The notes under the pieces were generated by a model. The model did no database searches and was not told the DNA's origin. It was given only the letters and a program-made list of their open reading frames with translations. From Candidatus Latescibacterota bacterium (GTDB lineage: Bacteria; Latescibacterota; UBA2968), in NCBI GenBank assembly GCA_965205975.1, contig OZ242195.1, positions 3,872,001-3,936,000 on the forward strand: a stretch of DNA of 64,000 nucleotides. Direction: 5' to 3'. Shown here piece after piece: positions 51,171 to 62,428 of the stretch (position 1 is its first letter; the number at the start of each line of letters is the position of its first letter). A program made the translations under genes and the position numbers.

Positions 51171-51732
51171 TCGTCAACGTGAGAGGACCGTAATGTTGCC
51201 AGACTCGTTGGACAAGATTCGAGGTAACACCAGTGTACAGGGTTCCGTTGCGTTTGCTCGCCATGATATATACGCAGGGTTGGTTCATTCCTTAAATATT
51301 CTGGATCGCGGCTCAACTACATAGCCTGCCCCGTAGTGATTCTATACGGGGCCGCGATGACGAGTGCCACCGCATAGGCATGTGTCGTAATAGCCTGCTC
51401 TGGAATGTTTTAATCCAGAGATTCTATACGGCAGGCTTTGCTCGACACCTCTGGATTAATGAATTCATTAAAAATAATGAAGTATAAACAGACAAAAAGC
51501 AAGCGGAAATAGTCTGTCCCCTTTATTAACACCTCAAGGGACAGATAAAACCTTCTGGATCGCGGCTCAAGCATGTCCCTGCATGGTGTTGAGCAGGGAA
51601 CCCATACCGCGATGACGGCGGTACCCTCTTCTCCCTTCACACTTCATTCTTCTCCCTTCTCTTGACAGCCCGCGCGTCGCATCGTATCATTAAACCCGTA
51701 TTCACGCAACCCATAACCTCAGGAGAATCGCT

Positions 51733-52674
51733 ATGTCCTCCCCCTGCTGCGGTGCGAGCAGACCTGTCTCATCCAAAAAAAGAAAAACGCGCAAACAAAA
51801 AAACAGGCGCAGAAATGACACACCCCTCAAAAACATGATCCGCATATCGGGCGGCACATTTCTCATGGGAACAGACAGCGACGAAGGCTTCGCAGAAGAC
51901 GGCGAAGGACCCATGAGAGAAGTCACAATCGATCCCTTTTACCTCGATGCGTGCGCCGTCACCAACGCCGACTTTGCCAAATTCGTCCGCACAACCGCGT
52001 ACAAAACCGAAGCCGAACGCTTTGGCTGGTCCTTTGTATTCCACCTCTTTGTACCTCCCAACACCGCATCGCACATCTCGCAAACCGTCGTAGATACCCC
52101 CTGGTGGTTTGCTGTTGACGGCGCCTGCTGGCACCGCCCCGAAGGACCGGGAACAAATGTCAACAACCGCTGGAACCACCCCGCCATCCACATCTCGTGG
52201 AACGACGCCGTCGCCTATTGCAACTGGACGGGAAAACGCCTGCCCACAGAAGCCGAATGGGAATTTGCCGCACGGGGCGGCTTAAACAGCATGCGCTACC
52301 CCTGGGGAGACGACCTCGAACCCAACGGCAAACACATGTGCAACATCTGGCAGGGCACATTCCCCGAAGAAAACACCAGAGCAGATGGGCACATCGGCAC
52401 CGCACCCGTCACCTCATACCCCCCCAACAACTACGGCATCTACAACATCTCGGGCAACGTCTGGGAATGGTGCAGCGACTGGTTCAGCCCCACCTTTCAC
52501 CTCAAAAGCACCTCTGTAAACCCCACGGGACCCCACATCGGACAGGCGAAAAGCATGCGCGGCGGCTCCTACCTTTGCCACGACTCCTACTGCAACCGAT
52601 ACCGCGTTGCTGCCCGCAGCGCAAACACCCCGGACAGCTCCACGGGCAATCTGGGGTTTCGGTGTGCGAGGTGA
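51733..52674 (+). CDS. Formylglycine-generating enzyme (SUMF1/FGE)
   Basis: RLPTEAEWE, GNVWEW, RGGSYLCHDSYCNRYR, NLGFRC. Confidence 0.95.
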   Translation: MSSPCCGASRPVSSKKRKTRKQKNRRRNDTPLKNMIRISGGTFLMGTDSDEGFAEDGEGPMREVTIDPFYLDACAVTNADFAKFVRTTAYKTEAERFGWSFVFHLFVPPNTASHISQTVVDTPWWFAVDGACWHRPEGPGTNVNNRWNHPAIHISWNDAVAYCNWTGKRLPTEAEWEFAARGGLNSMRYPWGDDLEPNGKHMCNIWQGTFPEENTRADGHIGTAPVTSYPPNNYGIYNISGNVWEWCSDWFSPTFHLKSTSVNPTGPHIGQAKSMRGGSYLCHDSYCNRYRVAARSANTPDSSTGNLGFRCAR

Positions 52675-52679
52675 GGCGC

Positions 52680-52767
52680 GAATAGACGAATCAACGAATA
52701 GACGAATCAACGAATAGACGAATCAACGAATAGACGAATCAACGAATAGACGAATCGGCGAACAGAC
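52680..52767. repeat. Tandem 16-mer (GAATAGACGAATCAAC)x4 plus degenerate units
   Basis: Directly visible. Confidence 0.95.
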
Positions 52768-52807
52768 AAAAAAAGCGGAAGACGCAAACACGTCTTCCGC
52801 TTTTTTT
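52768..52807. terminator. Bidirectional intrinsic terminator between FGE and rplI
   Basis: AAAAAAAGCGGAAGACG-loop-CGTCTTCCGCTTTTTTT. Confidence 0.88.
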
Positions 52808-52834
52808 CACACTTCCTACTTCACACTTCACACT

Positions 52835-53278
52835 TCACTCTCTAACCACCCACACCTTCACAGACACCACAACCCCTGCATAAAGCCGAATGGGCACATC
52901 ATATACCCCCAGTGCTCGAATCGGCTCTTCAAGCTCTATGTCTCGGCGATCAATATCGAACCCCAGATCACTGAGCGCAGCTGCTATTTGCTGTGCCGTC
53001 ACCGATCCAAAAATGCGATCCTCTTCGCCAGCCTTAACCGCCACATTGCACGAAACCTCTTTCAAAGCCTCTGCCAGCGACTCGGCACCGCGCGTTTCAC
53101 GCGCGCGTTGGGCTTCGCGTTGCTGGCGCACCTTCTCGTACACCGCCATATTTTGCTCATTTGCAATCAGCGCCACCGAACGAGGCAGCAAAAAATTTCG
53201 CGCATAGCCATCCTTCACCTCAACCACATCGCCAGCATTGCCCAGCGCATCCACATCTGCTGTAAGAATAATTTTCAT
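52835..53278 (-). CDS. rplI: 50S ribosomal protein L9
   Basis: MKIIL..V..LG..GDVVEVKDGYARNFLLP; FGSVT. Confidence 0.97.
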   Translation of the reverse strand: MKIILTADVDALGNAGDVVEVKDGYARNFLLPRSVALIANEQNMAVYEKVRQQREAQRARETRGAESLAEALKEVSCNVAVKAGEEDRIFGSVTAQQIAAALSDLGFDIDRRDIELEEPIRALGVYDVPIRLYAGVVVSVKVWVVRE

Positions 53279-53331
53279 AATATATTCCCGGAATATTAAG
53301 CGGGCGGGCACGGAGGCACCGCCCCTACAAT

Positions 53332-53583
53332 CTAACGAATCGAATCATTCACATAAGGCATAAGCGCGAGGAAGCGGGCGTGCTTAATCGCGCGCACCAA
53401 TGCGCGCTGCCCCTTTGCACACGTACCCGTCATACGCCGGGGAACAATTTTCCCGCGCTCGGTAACAAACCGGCGCAACAAACGCTCATTCTTATAATGA
53501 ACATCCAAACGGTGTGCTTCAAAATGGCAGGCCCCTGTATGACCCTCGCAAATATGGCAAACCTTCACTCGTCCTCTATTCAT
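53332..53583 (-). CDS. rpsR: 30S ribosomal protein S18 with atypical Zn motif
   Basis: [26 protein letters not shown]. Confidence 0.95.
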   Translation of the reverse strand: MNRGRVKVCHICEGHTGACHFEAHRLDVHYKNERLLRRFVTERGKIVPRRMTGTCAKGQRALVRAIKHARFLALMPYVNDSIR

Positions 53584-53942
53584 TGGGCAACCTCCTCTTC
53601 GATAACATCTTCAGACAATTCTTCAGCCGCCTCTTCAGCGTCATCCTCTTCCTCTTGAGGAGGAATTTCAGTCTGAAGAATCAGATGCCGCAAAACAGCC
53701 TCATCCAAACGGCACGCCCGCTCAACATCCGCAATCGCGCCCGGATCGGCCTGAAAATAAAAAATTGTATAGTCGCCCTGCTGCCGCTTTTGAATCTCAT
53801 AAGCGAGCCTGCGCACGCCCCAGCGGTCAATATTGACCACCGTAGCGCCCTGATCGGCGAGCAATGACGCATAGCGTTCGACCGTCTCATCCGCATTCTC
53901 CTGCGTACCGACAATCAAAACCATCTCGTACTCTCGTGACAT
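53580..53942 (-). CDS. rpsF: 30S ribosomal protein S6
   Basis: [20 protein letters not shown]; acidic tail. Confidence 0.96.
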   Translation of the reverse strand: MSREYEMVLIVGTQENADETVERYASLLADQGATVVNIDRWGVRRLAYEIQKRQQGDYTIFYFQADPGAIADVERACRLDEAVLRHLILQTEIPPQEEEDDAEEAAEELSEDVIEEEVAQ

Positions 53943-54003
53943 AAACTATCCCCCATGGACGTGTGGTTCAGAAAACCGTGTTCTGAACGAGGAAAAAAAG
54001 CGC

Positions 54004-54157
54004 GAATCTGCGAATCTACGAATCTACGAATCTACGAATCTACGAATCTGCGAATCTACGACGGAGTTTGTAACGACTTTGGGTGGTTGAGCGGGGTTCG
54101 TCTATTCGTCTATTCGTCTATTCGTCTATTCGTCTATTCGTCTATTCGTCTATTCGT
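54004..54157. repeat. Two facing 8-mer tandem tracts: (GAATCTRC)x7 and (GTCTATTC)x7
   Basis: 54004-54059 and 54100-54155. Confidence 0.95.
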
Positions 54158-56152
54158 TCACACCAACATTGGAGCCAGAATCAGCGAAACCACCGACATC
54201 AACTTAATCAAAATATTCAACGCGGGACCAGACGTATCTTTTAACGGATCGCCAACCGTATCGCCAACCACGGCAGCTTTATGCGCCTCGGACCCCTTAC
54301 CCCCCAAATTGCCCCCCTCAATCAACTTCTTCGCATTGTCCAGCGCCCCCCCACTATTTGCCATCATCAGCGCCAGCAACACACCCGACACAGTCGCACC
54401 CGCCAGCATACCGCCCAACGCCTCGGCCCCCAGAACAAAGCCCACCAGCACCGGCGTCAAAACAGCCACCAGCCCCGGCACCACCATCTCGCGCAAAGCC
54501 GCGACAGAACTGATATCGACACAGCGACGCGTATCCGGCTTGCCCGTCCCCTCCATCAACCCTGGAATCTCGCGGAACTGCCGACGCACCTCTTCAACCA
54601 TCTTAAACGCCGCATTGCCCACACTCGTCATCGTCAACGCCGCCACGCAAAAAGGCACACCACCGCCCAAAAACAAACCGATCACAACCAGAGGTTTGAC
54701 CAGATTAATAGACTCTATCCCCACAGCCGCCGAATACGCGGAAAACAGCGCCAGCGCAGTCAGCGCAGCAGAACCAATCGCAAACCCCTTGCCAATCGCC
54801 GCCGTCGTATTCCCGATCGAATCCAGCTCATCGGTAATCTCGCGCGTCTCCGGACCCAAATTCGCCATCTCGGAAATACCGCCCGCATTATCTGCAATCG
54901 GACCGTAAGCATCCACCGCCATCGTAACACCCACAGTCGATAACATACCCACAGCCGCAATACCAATACCGTATAACCCCGCAAAGTGAAACGACCCTGC
55001 AATAGCGACACAAATCCCCAAAACCGGCAACGTCGTACTCTCCATCCCCACCGCCAAACCCGCGATCATATTCGTCGCCGACCCCGTCTCTGAAGAATGT
55101 GCAATGCGCCTTACAGGCGCCCCGCCCGTATAGTATTCCGTCATCAGTGCAATGGCAATACCAACGAGACAACCAAAGAGAATCGCCCAAAACACCCCGC
55201 GAGCCAGACCGAGATATTCCGCGGCAAAAAAAGATCCCACAAGCATCAAAACAGCGGAAATATACGTGGCATAGCGCAACGCAGCATCCGGGCTTAAAGA
55301 CTGCAAAACGCGAATGGACCCCACCCCGATCAGCGACGCCAACAAACCGATCATAACCACGATAAGGGGATATTGCATCGCAGCGACCCTCACCATCTCC
55401 GAATCGCCCCCCAACGCGCTCAACGCCGTGCCACCAGCCGTTGCCGCAATCGCAATCGTCGCAATAATAGACCCCACATAAGACTCAAAAATATCCGCCC
55501 CCATCCCGGCCACATCGCCCACATTATCGCCCACATGATCTGCAATAACAGCCGGATTTCTCGGATCGTCTTCCGGTATCCCGGCCTCAACCTTACCCAC
55601 CAGATCTGCACCCACATCCGCAGTCTTCGTATAAATACCGCCCCCGACCCGGGCAAACAGCGCAATAGAACTCGCCCCCATAGCAAAACCATTAATCATA
55701 GCCGCCTGATCGGGTTTGCCGTAAAAATAAAAAAGCAAGCCCACGCCAAAAAGCCCCAGACTTGCTACAGACAGCCCCATCACTGCGCCACCTGAAAACG
55801 CGACATTTAACGCCTTATCCCGCCCGCTCTCACTGGCGGCATAAGCCGTCCGCACATTTGCCTTGGTCGCTGCCTTCATCCCGATAAAACCCGCGCCAAG
55901 CGAACAAAGCGCGCCGCCCAAAAAAGATATGGCCGTGGGCAAATTGATACCCCAGCACACCAGCGCGAACACCACAACAATAAAAACAGATAGCACACTG
56001 TATTCGCGTTTCAAAAAGGTCACGGCCCCATCCTGGATATCTGCTGCGATCTCTCGCATCAACGCCGTGCCCTCTGGTTGTCTGGCAACATAGAGATAAA
56101 TCAAACCAGCGCAAACCAGCCCAACCACGCCCAGCACAGGTGCCAAAATCAT
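54158..56152 (-). CDS. hppA: Membrane-bound pyrophosphatase, K+-dependent type (probably Na+-pumping)
   Basis: [29 protein letters not shown] (Ala at the K+-dependence position), [14 protein letters not shown]. Confidence 0.95.
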   Translation of the reverse strand: MILAPVLGVVGLVCAGLIYLYVARQPEGTALMREIAADIQDGAVTFLKREYSVLSVFIVVVFALVCWGINLPTAISFLGGALCSLGAGFIGMKAATKANVRTAYAASESGRDKALNVAFSGGAVMGLSVASLGLFGVGLLFYFYGKPDQAAMINGFAMGASSIALFARVGGGIYTKTADVGADLVGKVEAGIPEDDPRNPAVIADHVGDNVGDVAGMGADIFESYVGSIIATIAIAATAGGTALSALGGDSEMVRVAAMQYPLIVVMIGLLASLIGVGSIRVLQSLSPDAALRYATYISAVLMLVGSFFAAEYLGLARGVFWAILFGCLVGIAIALMTEYYTGGAPVRRIAHSSETGSATNMIAGLAVGMESTTLPVLGICVAIAGSFHFAGLYGIGIAAVGMLSTVGVTMAVDAYGPIADNAGGISEMANLGPETREITDELDSIGNTTAAIGKGFAIGSAALTALALFSAYSAAVGIESINLVKPLVVIGLFLGGGVPFCVAALTMTSVGNAAFKMVEEVRRQFREIPGLMEGTGKPDTRRCVDISSVAALREMVVPGLVAVLTPVLVGFVLGAEALGGMLAGATVSGVLLALMMANSGGALDNAKKLIEGGNLGGKGSEAHKAAVVGDTVGDPLKDTSGPALNILIKLMSVVSLILAPMLV

Positions 56153-56268
56153 AAAAATCTCCAAAATCAGGGCGAGGCATGCCTCGCCCCTACATATCAA
56201 CGCGCAATGACGGGCGGGTTTGGAGCGATGTACAACTGCGACAGCAGTTCAACCCACCCCTACATCAT

Positions 56269-56856
56269 CTAATTATACTGATTCATCGCCCGTTCAATAC
56301 CTTGTGTTGCCCAACAAAGCGCGCCCTTAACCGCATGCCCAACAGCATCTACAATCACATCTCCATCTTCGAATGGAAACTCACCCAACACATAATCGAT
56401 CATCCCGTCCAACTCGGCGGGGTGCCCAATACCGATGCGCAACCGCGGAAAATCCGCAGACCCCAACGCGCGTTCAACAGACCGCAAACCATTGTGCCCG
56501 CCGTGACTTCCCGTGCGCCGGAAGCGCAACCGCCCCAAACTCAGATGCACATCGTCAACCACCACCAGCACATCTGCTGGCCCAACCTGAAAACACCGCA
56601 CAACCTCGGCCACACCCAAACCGCTCTTATTCATATAAGTCAGCGGCTTGACCAGCACCAGATCATCTGAAAACCTGCACCACGCACAAAACTCAAACGC
56701 ATGCCAGGGCTTATGTTTCCCCAGCGCATCAACCACCCAAAACCCCACATTGTGGCGCGTACGTGCATAGCGCGCGCCCGGATTGCCCAGCCCCACAATC
56801 GCCTTTGTGTACGGCCGAAAAATTTTTCGGCCCCTACTCATCGCCTTCTTCGTCAT
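56269..56856 (-). CDS. pth: Peptidyl-tRNA hydrolase
   Basis: VGLGNPG..Y..TRHNVGF, KPLTYMN.SG, GGHNGLRS. Confidence 0.95.
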   Translation of the reverse strand: MTKKAMSRGRKIFRPYTKAIVGLGNPGARYARTRHNVGFWVVDALGKHKPWHAFEFCAWCRFSDDLVLVKPLTYMNKSGLGVAEVVRCFQVGPADVLVVVDDVHLSLGRLRFRRTGSHGGHNGLRSVERALGSADFPRLRIGIGHPAELDGMIDYVLGEFPFEDGDVIVDAVGHAVKGALCWATQGIERAMNQYN

Positions 56857-57529
56857 CGTCGCGCCTTCTGCCGCGCTCAATAAGCTCTGGCTCCTGCATT
56901 TCTTCGCCTTCTTCGCCCTCAGCGACCAATCCTTCTTCGTCCTCCACATCCTCTTCTTCTTCGATAACAAGCGCGGGCGCAGCCACCGCAAACATCGTGC
57001 GGTCGCTCTCCGTCACAATAGACAAATCATCGCTATCCAGAACAATATCCGAAACGTGCAGCGAATCCCCGATATCCAAATCCGACACATCAACTGCAAT
57101 ATTATCGGGTATATCTGTAGGCAGGCACTCGACCTCAAGCTCGTGCAACATCTGTTCCAGAATCCCCTCGCTAATCCGCACCCCAACGGCCGACCCCGTA
57201 GCGTGAATAGGCACCTCAACCACAATTTTGCGCGTCAAATCAATGCGGTGAAAATCCACATGCAATATCTCGCCGTGCACGGGATGATACTGAATATCCT
57301 TAATAATAGTACTATGGCTCGTATCGCCTGCGCTCAGCGAAATAATCGCATTGCGACCGTGTGCCTTCAGCAAATCGGACAATGTGCGATAATCCACAGA
57401 ACAGGCAACAGGCGCGGAATCTTCGCCATAAACAACCGCGGGCAACTGACCGCGATAGCGCAAGCGCTTGGCAAATTTCTTTCCCGATTCCGTGCGAACA
57501 TCTGCATTGAGAGAAACTTGATCGGACAT
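56834..57529 (-). CDS. rplY: 50S ribosomal protein L25/Ctc
   Basis: LPAVVYG, IQYHPV..ILHVDF, GILEQ, IGDSLHV; acidic tail. Confidence 0.95.
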   Translation of the reverse strand: MSDQVSLNADVRTESGKKFAKRLRYRGQLPAVVYGEDSAPVACSVDYRTLSDLLKAHGRNAIISLSAGDTSHSTIIKDIQYHPVHGEILHVDFHRIDLTRKIVVEVPIHATGSAVGVRISEGILEQMLHELEVECLPTDIPDNIAVDVSDLDIGDSLHVSDIVLDSDDLSIVTESDRTMFAVAAPALVIEEEEDVEDEEGLVAEGEEGEEMQEPELIERGRRRDDDEEGDE

Positions 57530-57575
57530 ATCTATTCTCCAGCGGGCGGGCACAGGGGCACCGCCCCTACATAAA

Positions 57576-58427
57576 TCAAACAGGACAACACAAAAACGCC
57601 CGAAACTGATCGGACCTGAACCTCGCCCAAACAGCCTCGGCAACATCTCGAGACTCAAAAACACCGTAAAGCGTGGAACCACTGCCAGACATCGACGCAA
57701 CTATTGCGCCAGCATCTGTCAACCGCGACAAAATGCCGCGCGTCTCTGGATGCGTTTGAACAATAAGCGGCAAAAAATCGTTTTCAATACGCTCAAAAAA
57801 ATCTGAAACGGGTAAATGCTTTACAGAATGGATGAAACTATCATATTCACCATGCCCTGTCAAGGTCTTTTTATAATTTGCAAAAGCCCAGCCCGTATGC
57901 ACCTGAAACCCCGGACAAACCAACACATAGACCACATCTACAGACCAGGGCACATACCGCAAACGCTCTCCCCGACCCGAAACAACTGCCGTGCCCTTTT
58001 GCCGCACAAAAAACGGCACATCGGACCCCAGAGTCGCGCCTATCTCGCGCAGTTCTCCACCTGAAAGACCCGCTTTCCACACCCGATTCAAAACCCGCAA
58101 CACAGCCGCCGCATCTGAACTTCCGCCCCCCAAACCCGCCGCCATCGGAATCCGCTTCTCTATCACAACCTCAACCCCCCGGTCCATTCCCGTATAAGAC
58201 CGAAACGCCGAAACCGCCTGATAAACCAAATTTTCTGGACCTGTGGGCAAATCCGCATCGTCGCACGACAAAATAATCTGCCCCTTCTCGGCGTGCCTGA
58301 AAACGAGGCGGTCACACAGATCCACAGTCTGAAAAACCGACAAAATATCGTGAAACCCATCGCCGCGCCGCCCGAGAATCTTCAACCCCAAATTGAGCTT
58401 TGCATAAGCGTATTCGACAATATCCAA
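57576..58427 (-). CDS. ispE: 4-diphosphocytidyl-2-C-methyl-D-erythritol kinase
   Basis: AKLNLGL, KRIPMAAGLGGGSSDAA, LGSDVPFF, MSGSGS. Confidence 0.96.
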   Translation of the reverse strand: MDIVEYAYAKLNLGLKILGRRGDGFHDILSVFQTVDLCDRLVFRHAEKGQIILSCDDADLPTGPENLVYQAVSAFRSYTGMDRGVEVVIEKRIPMAAGLGGGSSDAAAVLRVLNRVWKAGLSGGELREIGATLGSDVPFFVRQKGTAVVSGRGERLRYVPWSVDVVYVLVCPGFQVHTGWAFANYKKTLTGHGEYDSFIHSVKHLPVSDFFERIENDFLPLIVQTHPETRGILSRLTDAGAIVASMSGSGSTLYGVFESRDVAEAVWARFRSDQFRAFLCCPV

Positions 58428-58583
58428 AACGATTATCTCCCATTGACGCTTTTGGCAAAATATAATACATTCGTAAAATAAAGAACCTTCTGGATCGCGG
58501 CTTTAAGCATGCCGCGATGATGGGCGAGACATGCCTCGCCCCTACGGTTGTTCATCCTTCTCACTTCACACTTCTCACTTCAC

Positions 58584-61500
58584 ATGACCCTTCTAAAAAA
58601 CACATTAATCTGCATCCTCCTCTTCGGCATCTCATCCCACCTCTGCGCGCAGGGGACCCAGGATGAAAACTCCCATTACGAACTCGCACAGCGAATCTTC
58701 AACGATGGCCTCTATGCCGATGCCGCGCGGGAATATAAACAATTCATCATCAACTATCCCAACAGCAAGCGACTGCCCGATGCCATGCTGCGCGTTGGAC
58801 AGGCACTTGCAAGAGCCGAACAATACGACCACGCACTCGAAGCCTTTCGGCAATTCATCGACCGCTACCCCACCCACATCGAAGTAGGCAGTGCAATGCG
58901 CGCACGCGCCAATGCACTCAGCCAACTTGGAGAACACACCCGAGCCGGTGCAGCCTATCGCGACGTACACGCGGCCTATCCCGCCTCGACAAACGCGCCC
59001 CAGGACCTCTTATCAGCCGGAGAGAACTACCACAAAGGCGGCGCCTTACCAGAAGCCGGCGCGGCCTTTCGCCAACTCGTCGAACAATATCCCAAATCGC
59101 CTATAGTCAACGAAGCCACCTTCAACCTGGGCAGAGTCTTACTTGAAGAATCGCGCACCGAAGAAGCCCTCGTACAATTTCGCACCCTCGCCGAACATCC
59201 CGGTTCCGCAAAGCGCAAGCCCGACGCCCTCCTCGAAATGGGCAACATCGCCCTATCGCGCGACAACCTCTCGGAAGCAGAACGCATCTTTGCAAACCTG
59301 CGCGCCAGATATCCCGCAACACTCGCCGCCCAGAACTCGCACCTCATCACAGGCGCGTGGCACGCCGGCAAAAACGACTGGACAAGCGCTGAAAAAACCT
59401 ATAACAACGCCCTTGTAAAAATACCGAACAACACCCGTCGCCAGCAGGCCCTGTTGGGAAGTGCAAATGCAAAACGCAAACTCGGCAAAAGCGAAGGTGC
59501 GCTACAGCGCTACGCCTCATTTCTAAGAGCCTATCCCAAAAGCCCCTTCCACGCCCACGCCCTGATAGGCTATGGCCGCGCATTTGCAGACCTGAAAAAT
59601 TATCGCAACGCACTGGACGCCTTTAGAAATCTACAGGAAAAATATCCAGACGCAGACGTCAGCATCCAGGCTTATGGCGACATCGGAAACATCTGGCGCG
59701 TGCTTGGAACGCACCAAAAAGCATTGACAGCGTATCAAACATACCTCACGCGCATACAATCCCCTATCGAAAAAGCCAATGCACGACTACAAATTGCGCA
59801 AATATGCGAAGACCTGAACTGGTACGACCTCGCAGCCGAAAATTATCGCACCCTGATCAACAGCGCAATACCACACTACGCCTCCGAAGGTCAAATTGGC
59901 CTCGCACGCGTATTTGAAAAAAATGGACAAACCGCACTCGCGCTGCGAGAATATCGCACCTACATTAAAAATCACGGCGACGCCTCGCACGCCGAAACAG
60001 CGGAAACGCGCATCCAACTCCTCACCGAATTTGGCACAGAGACCGACCGCGACCGCATCTATATCGACCTCCTTGCCGACCTGCCCGGCATCGCCGACGA
60101 CCCACACACGCAATTTAAACTGGGCAAAACCCTCCACACCCAAAAACGCTACAACCGCGCAATCCCACACCTCGAAACCGCGCTATCAATCCAGGGAATA
60201 TCCCCCTCAGCCTATGAACACATACTCGTCGAAGAAACACCCGAAACACCTGAAAACACACCCGCAACCACATCAGATGACACACTCGCCTTTGCAGCCG
60301 AAGCCGCACGCGCAGCCGAAGCCGCGCTTGCAGCATTATCTAACCCAGCAACCAGCGATACAACCACCGACGGACGAGACATGTCGGCTAATGACGACAC
60401 ACCCATACCCGATGAATCGGCATTCACCAACGCCCCTGCCTGGGCTTATGAAGCCTATTATCTCCTCGGCAACAGCTACTTAAAACAGGCGCGCAGAGCC
60501 ACCCTCGAAAACAAATCCCCAGACGAATGGCAAAACAAGGGCCTCACAACACTCAAAATACTCGTCAAAATATTTCCCGACAACGACCATGCGAAAAACG
60601 CCGCACTCGCCGTCATACACACAGAAACAGCCGACATACAACCCGACACCCTGCGCGCACAAACGCGCCTGAGCGCCTATCGCGCATATCGTAAAACACA
60701 TCCCAACAGCCCCGATTTGCTCCTGCGAATCGCCGACGCCCATTTCGCCAACACCCATATCGACAGCGCCCTTAGCCTGTACCTCCAAATAGAAAAAAAA
60801 GCTGGGGATCCCACACTCAAAGAAAAAGCCGCCTATCGCATCGGCTTGTGTCGGGCCAAGCAACAACAACACGTACGCGCCGAAGAAACCCTGAAAAACT
60901 TCCTCTTCAACTATCCGCAGAGCGACCTGACACCACACGCGCAATTTCAACTGGGACGCATACTCCTCGACCGGGAATTTTACGCCAGCGCTGCCGAAGC
61001 ATTCTCCGAACTCCTCTCCGCATCTCCAACGCTCGCACTCCAGCGATCTGCCCGCTCGCTATTGGCAGAAAGCTACCATCGCACAGGCAACTATCAACGC
61101 GCCATAGAAATAGACGAAAGCCTGATCACCCACAACACCACCCCTCAACTATTGCGACGCCTCGCCAGATCCTATGCTCAAAACAACCAGCGCGACAAAG
61201 CCATCACAACTTATAACATGTACCTCCGCAAATATCCACAAGCACCCGACGCCGACAGCATCGCCTACACACGCGCCGAACACCTGACATCGCGCAACCG
61301 CACATCAGAAGCCCTCACCGCCTTCCGCGAATTCTCCAAAAAATATCCCAACAGCCCGCTCGGCACACAGGCAGATCAAGCTGTGGGCGACCTCCTCTTT
61401 CAAACGGAAAAATACGCCCAGGCCATCACCGCGTACCGGCGCGTACCAGAACCCGCGCGCAACGAAACCATGGCCGCACGCGAAGTCTTGAGCCTATACC

Positions 61501-62426
61501 GCCTCCGGCGCATTGGCGAAGCCAACAAAGCCGCGGGCCAATTCAAAAAAACCTATAAAACAGCAACCGAATGGCTCGCCCGCTTCGAAGTCGAAAAAGG
61601 CAGATATCAACTCGCCGTCAGAAATCCCAAAAAAGCGCGACAAATCTTTGAAGACATCTCAAAAAAATACGCCGCCACCGAAGCATCGGCCGACGCGCGT
61701 TATTACATCATCCGCGCCTACCACAACGAAGGACCCGACAAAGACGGCAACAACGAACCCTATCTCAACGCACTCACCGCATTCATAAAAAATTATCCCG
61801 ACAGCCCGCACTGGGCAGATGCCAACATCGAACTCGCCGAATTTTGGGAACGCAACGAAGAATACAACCTCTCTGCACGCGCATATCGCAACGCCATTGA
61901 AAAAGGCGTCGCCCAATCCAAAAAACCCGACATCCTCCACAAACTCGCAAAAAATTACAGCAATCTCAACGCCTATGACCTCGCCATCAACTTTGCGCGC
62001 CAGCTCATCCGCGAATTTCCCCAGAACCGCCTCGCCCTGAGCGCCCGCATCGACATCGGCACCATTTACCTGCCCAACAAAGGCGACCACAAACAAGCCA
62101 TCGCAGAACTTCGGCCCCTGCTCAAAATCGTGACCGTGGAAGACGAAAAAGCCAGCATCCAGTATTCCATCGCAGAAAATTATTTCGAATTGGGCGACTA
62201 TGCCAACGCACTCCGAGAATTTTTGATCTTGCGCTACAACCAGAACGCGAGACCTATGTGGATCGTATCCGCACAAATGAAAGTAGCAGAATGCTATGCG
62301 GCACAGAACAACATCGAACAAGCCATACAAGAACTCGAAGCCATAAAACGCCGCCACGGCGTGGCCAGCATGTACGGCATTGGCGCGGAAAAGGTCATTC
62401 AGCAAATAAAAACACAACGACAATAA
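58584..62426 (+). CDS. Large secreted TPR protein (BamD/YbgF-like repeats)
   Basis: Signal peptide; many helical repeats ending in YP(N/K/Q)S. Confidence 0.88.
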   Translation: MTLLKNTLICILLFGISSHLCAQGTQDENSHYELAQRIFNDGLYADAAREYKQFIINYPNSKRLPDAMLRVGQALARAEQYDHALEAFRQFIDRYPTHIEVGSAMRARANALSQLGEHTRAGAAYRDVHAAYPASTNAPQDLLSAGENYHKGGALPEAGAAFRQLVEQYPKSPIVNEATFNLGRVLLEESRTEEALVQFRTLAEHPGSAKRKPDALLEMGNIALSRDNLSEAERIFANLRARYPATLAAQNSHLITGAWHAGKNDWTSAEKTYNNALVKIPNNTRRQQALLGSANAKRKLGKSEGALQRYASFLRAYPKSPFHAHALIGYGRAFADLKNYRNALDAFRNLQEKYPDADVSIQAYGDIGNIWRVLGTHQKALTAYQTYLTRIQSPIEKANARLQIAQICEDLNWYDLAAENYRTLINSAIPHYASEGQIGLARVFEKNGQTALALREYRTYIKNHGDASHAETAETRIQLLTEFGTETDRDRIYIDLLADLPGIADDPHTQFKLGKTLHTQKRYNRAIPHLETALSIQGISPSAYEHILVEETPETPENTPATTSDDTLAFAAEAARAAEAALAALSNPATSDTTTDGRDMSANDDTPIPDESAFTNAPAWAYEAYYLLGNSYLKQARRATLENKSPDEWQNKGLTTLKILVKIFPDNDHAKNAALAVIHTETADIQPDTLRAQTRLSAYRAYRKTHPNSPDLLLRIADAHFANTHIDSALSLYLQIEKKAGDPTLKEKAAYRIGLCRAKQQQHVRAEETLKNFLFNYPQSDLTPHAQFQLGRILLDREFYASAAEAFSELLSASPTLALQRSARSLLAESYHRTGNYQRAIEIDESLITHNTTPQLLRRLARSYAQNNQRDKAITTYNMYLRKYPQAPDADSIAYTRAEHLTSRNRTSEALTAFREFSKKYPNSPLGTQADQAVGDLLFQTEKYAQAITAYRRVPEPARNETMAAREVLSLYRLRRIGEANKAAGQFKKTYKTATEWLARFEVEKGRYQLAVRNPKKARQIFEDISKKYAATEASADARYYIIRAYHNEGPDKDGNNEPYLNALTAFIKNYPDSPHWADANIELAEFWERNEEYNLSARAYRNAIEKGVAQSKKPDILHKLAKNYSNLNAYDLAINFARQLIREFPQNRLALSARIDIGTIYLPNKGDHKQAIAELRPLLKIVTVEDEKASIQYSIAENYFELGDYANALREFLILRYNQNARPMWIVSAQMKVAECYAAQNNIEQAIQELEAIKRRHGVASMYGIGAEKVIQQIKTQRQ

Positions 62427-62428
62427 CC

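Larger units (their letters stand above)
1906..58521 (-). repeat. Dispersed family-B hairpin CTGGATCGCGGC-loop-GCCGCGATGAC, 13 copies (1906, 17901, 18709, 20651, 21309, 24860, 41969, 44150, 46610, 47769, 51301, 51555, 58490)
   Basis: Directly visible; all copies have the same orientation. Confidence 0.9.

Noticed and set aside
57530..57575. tRNA-Gln or prs, often found between ispE and rplY
   Set aside because: The spacer is only about 46 bp and is occupied by a REP; no cloverleaf is visible
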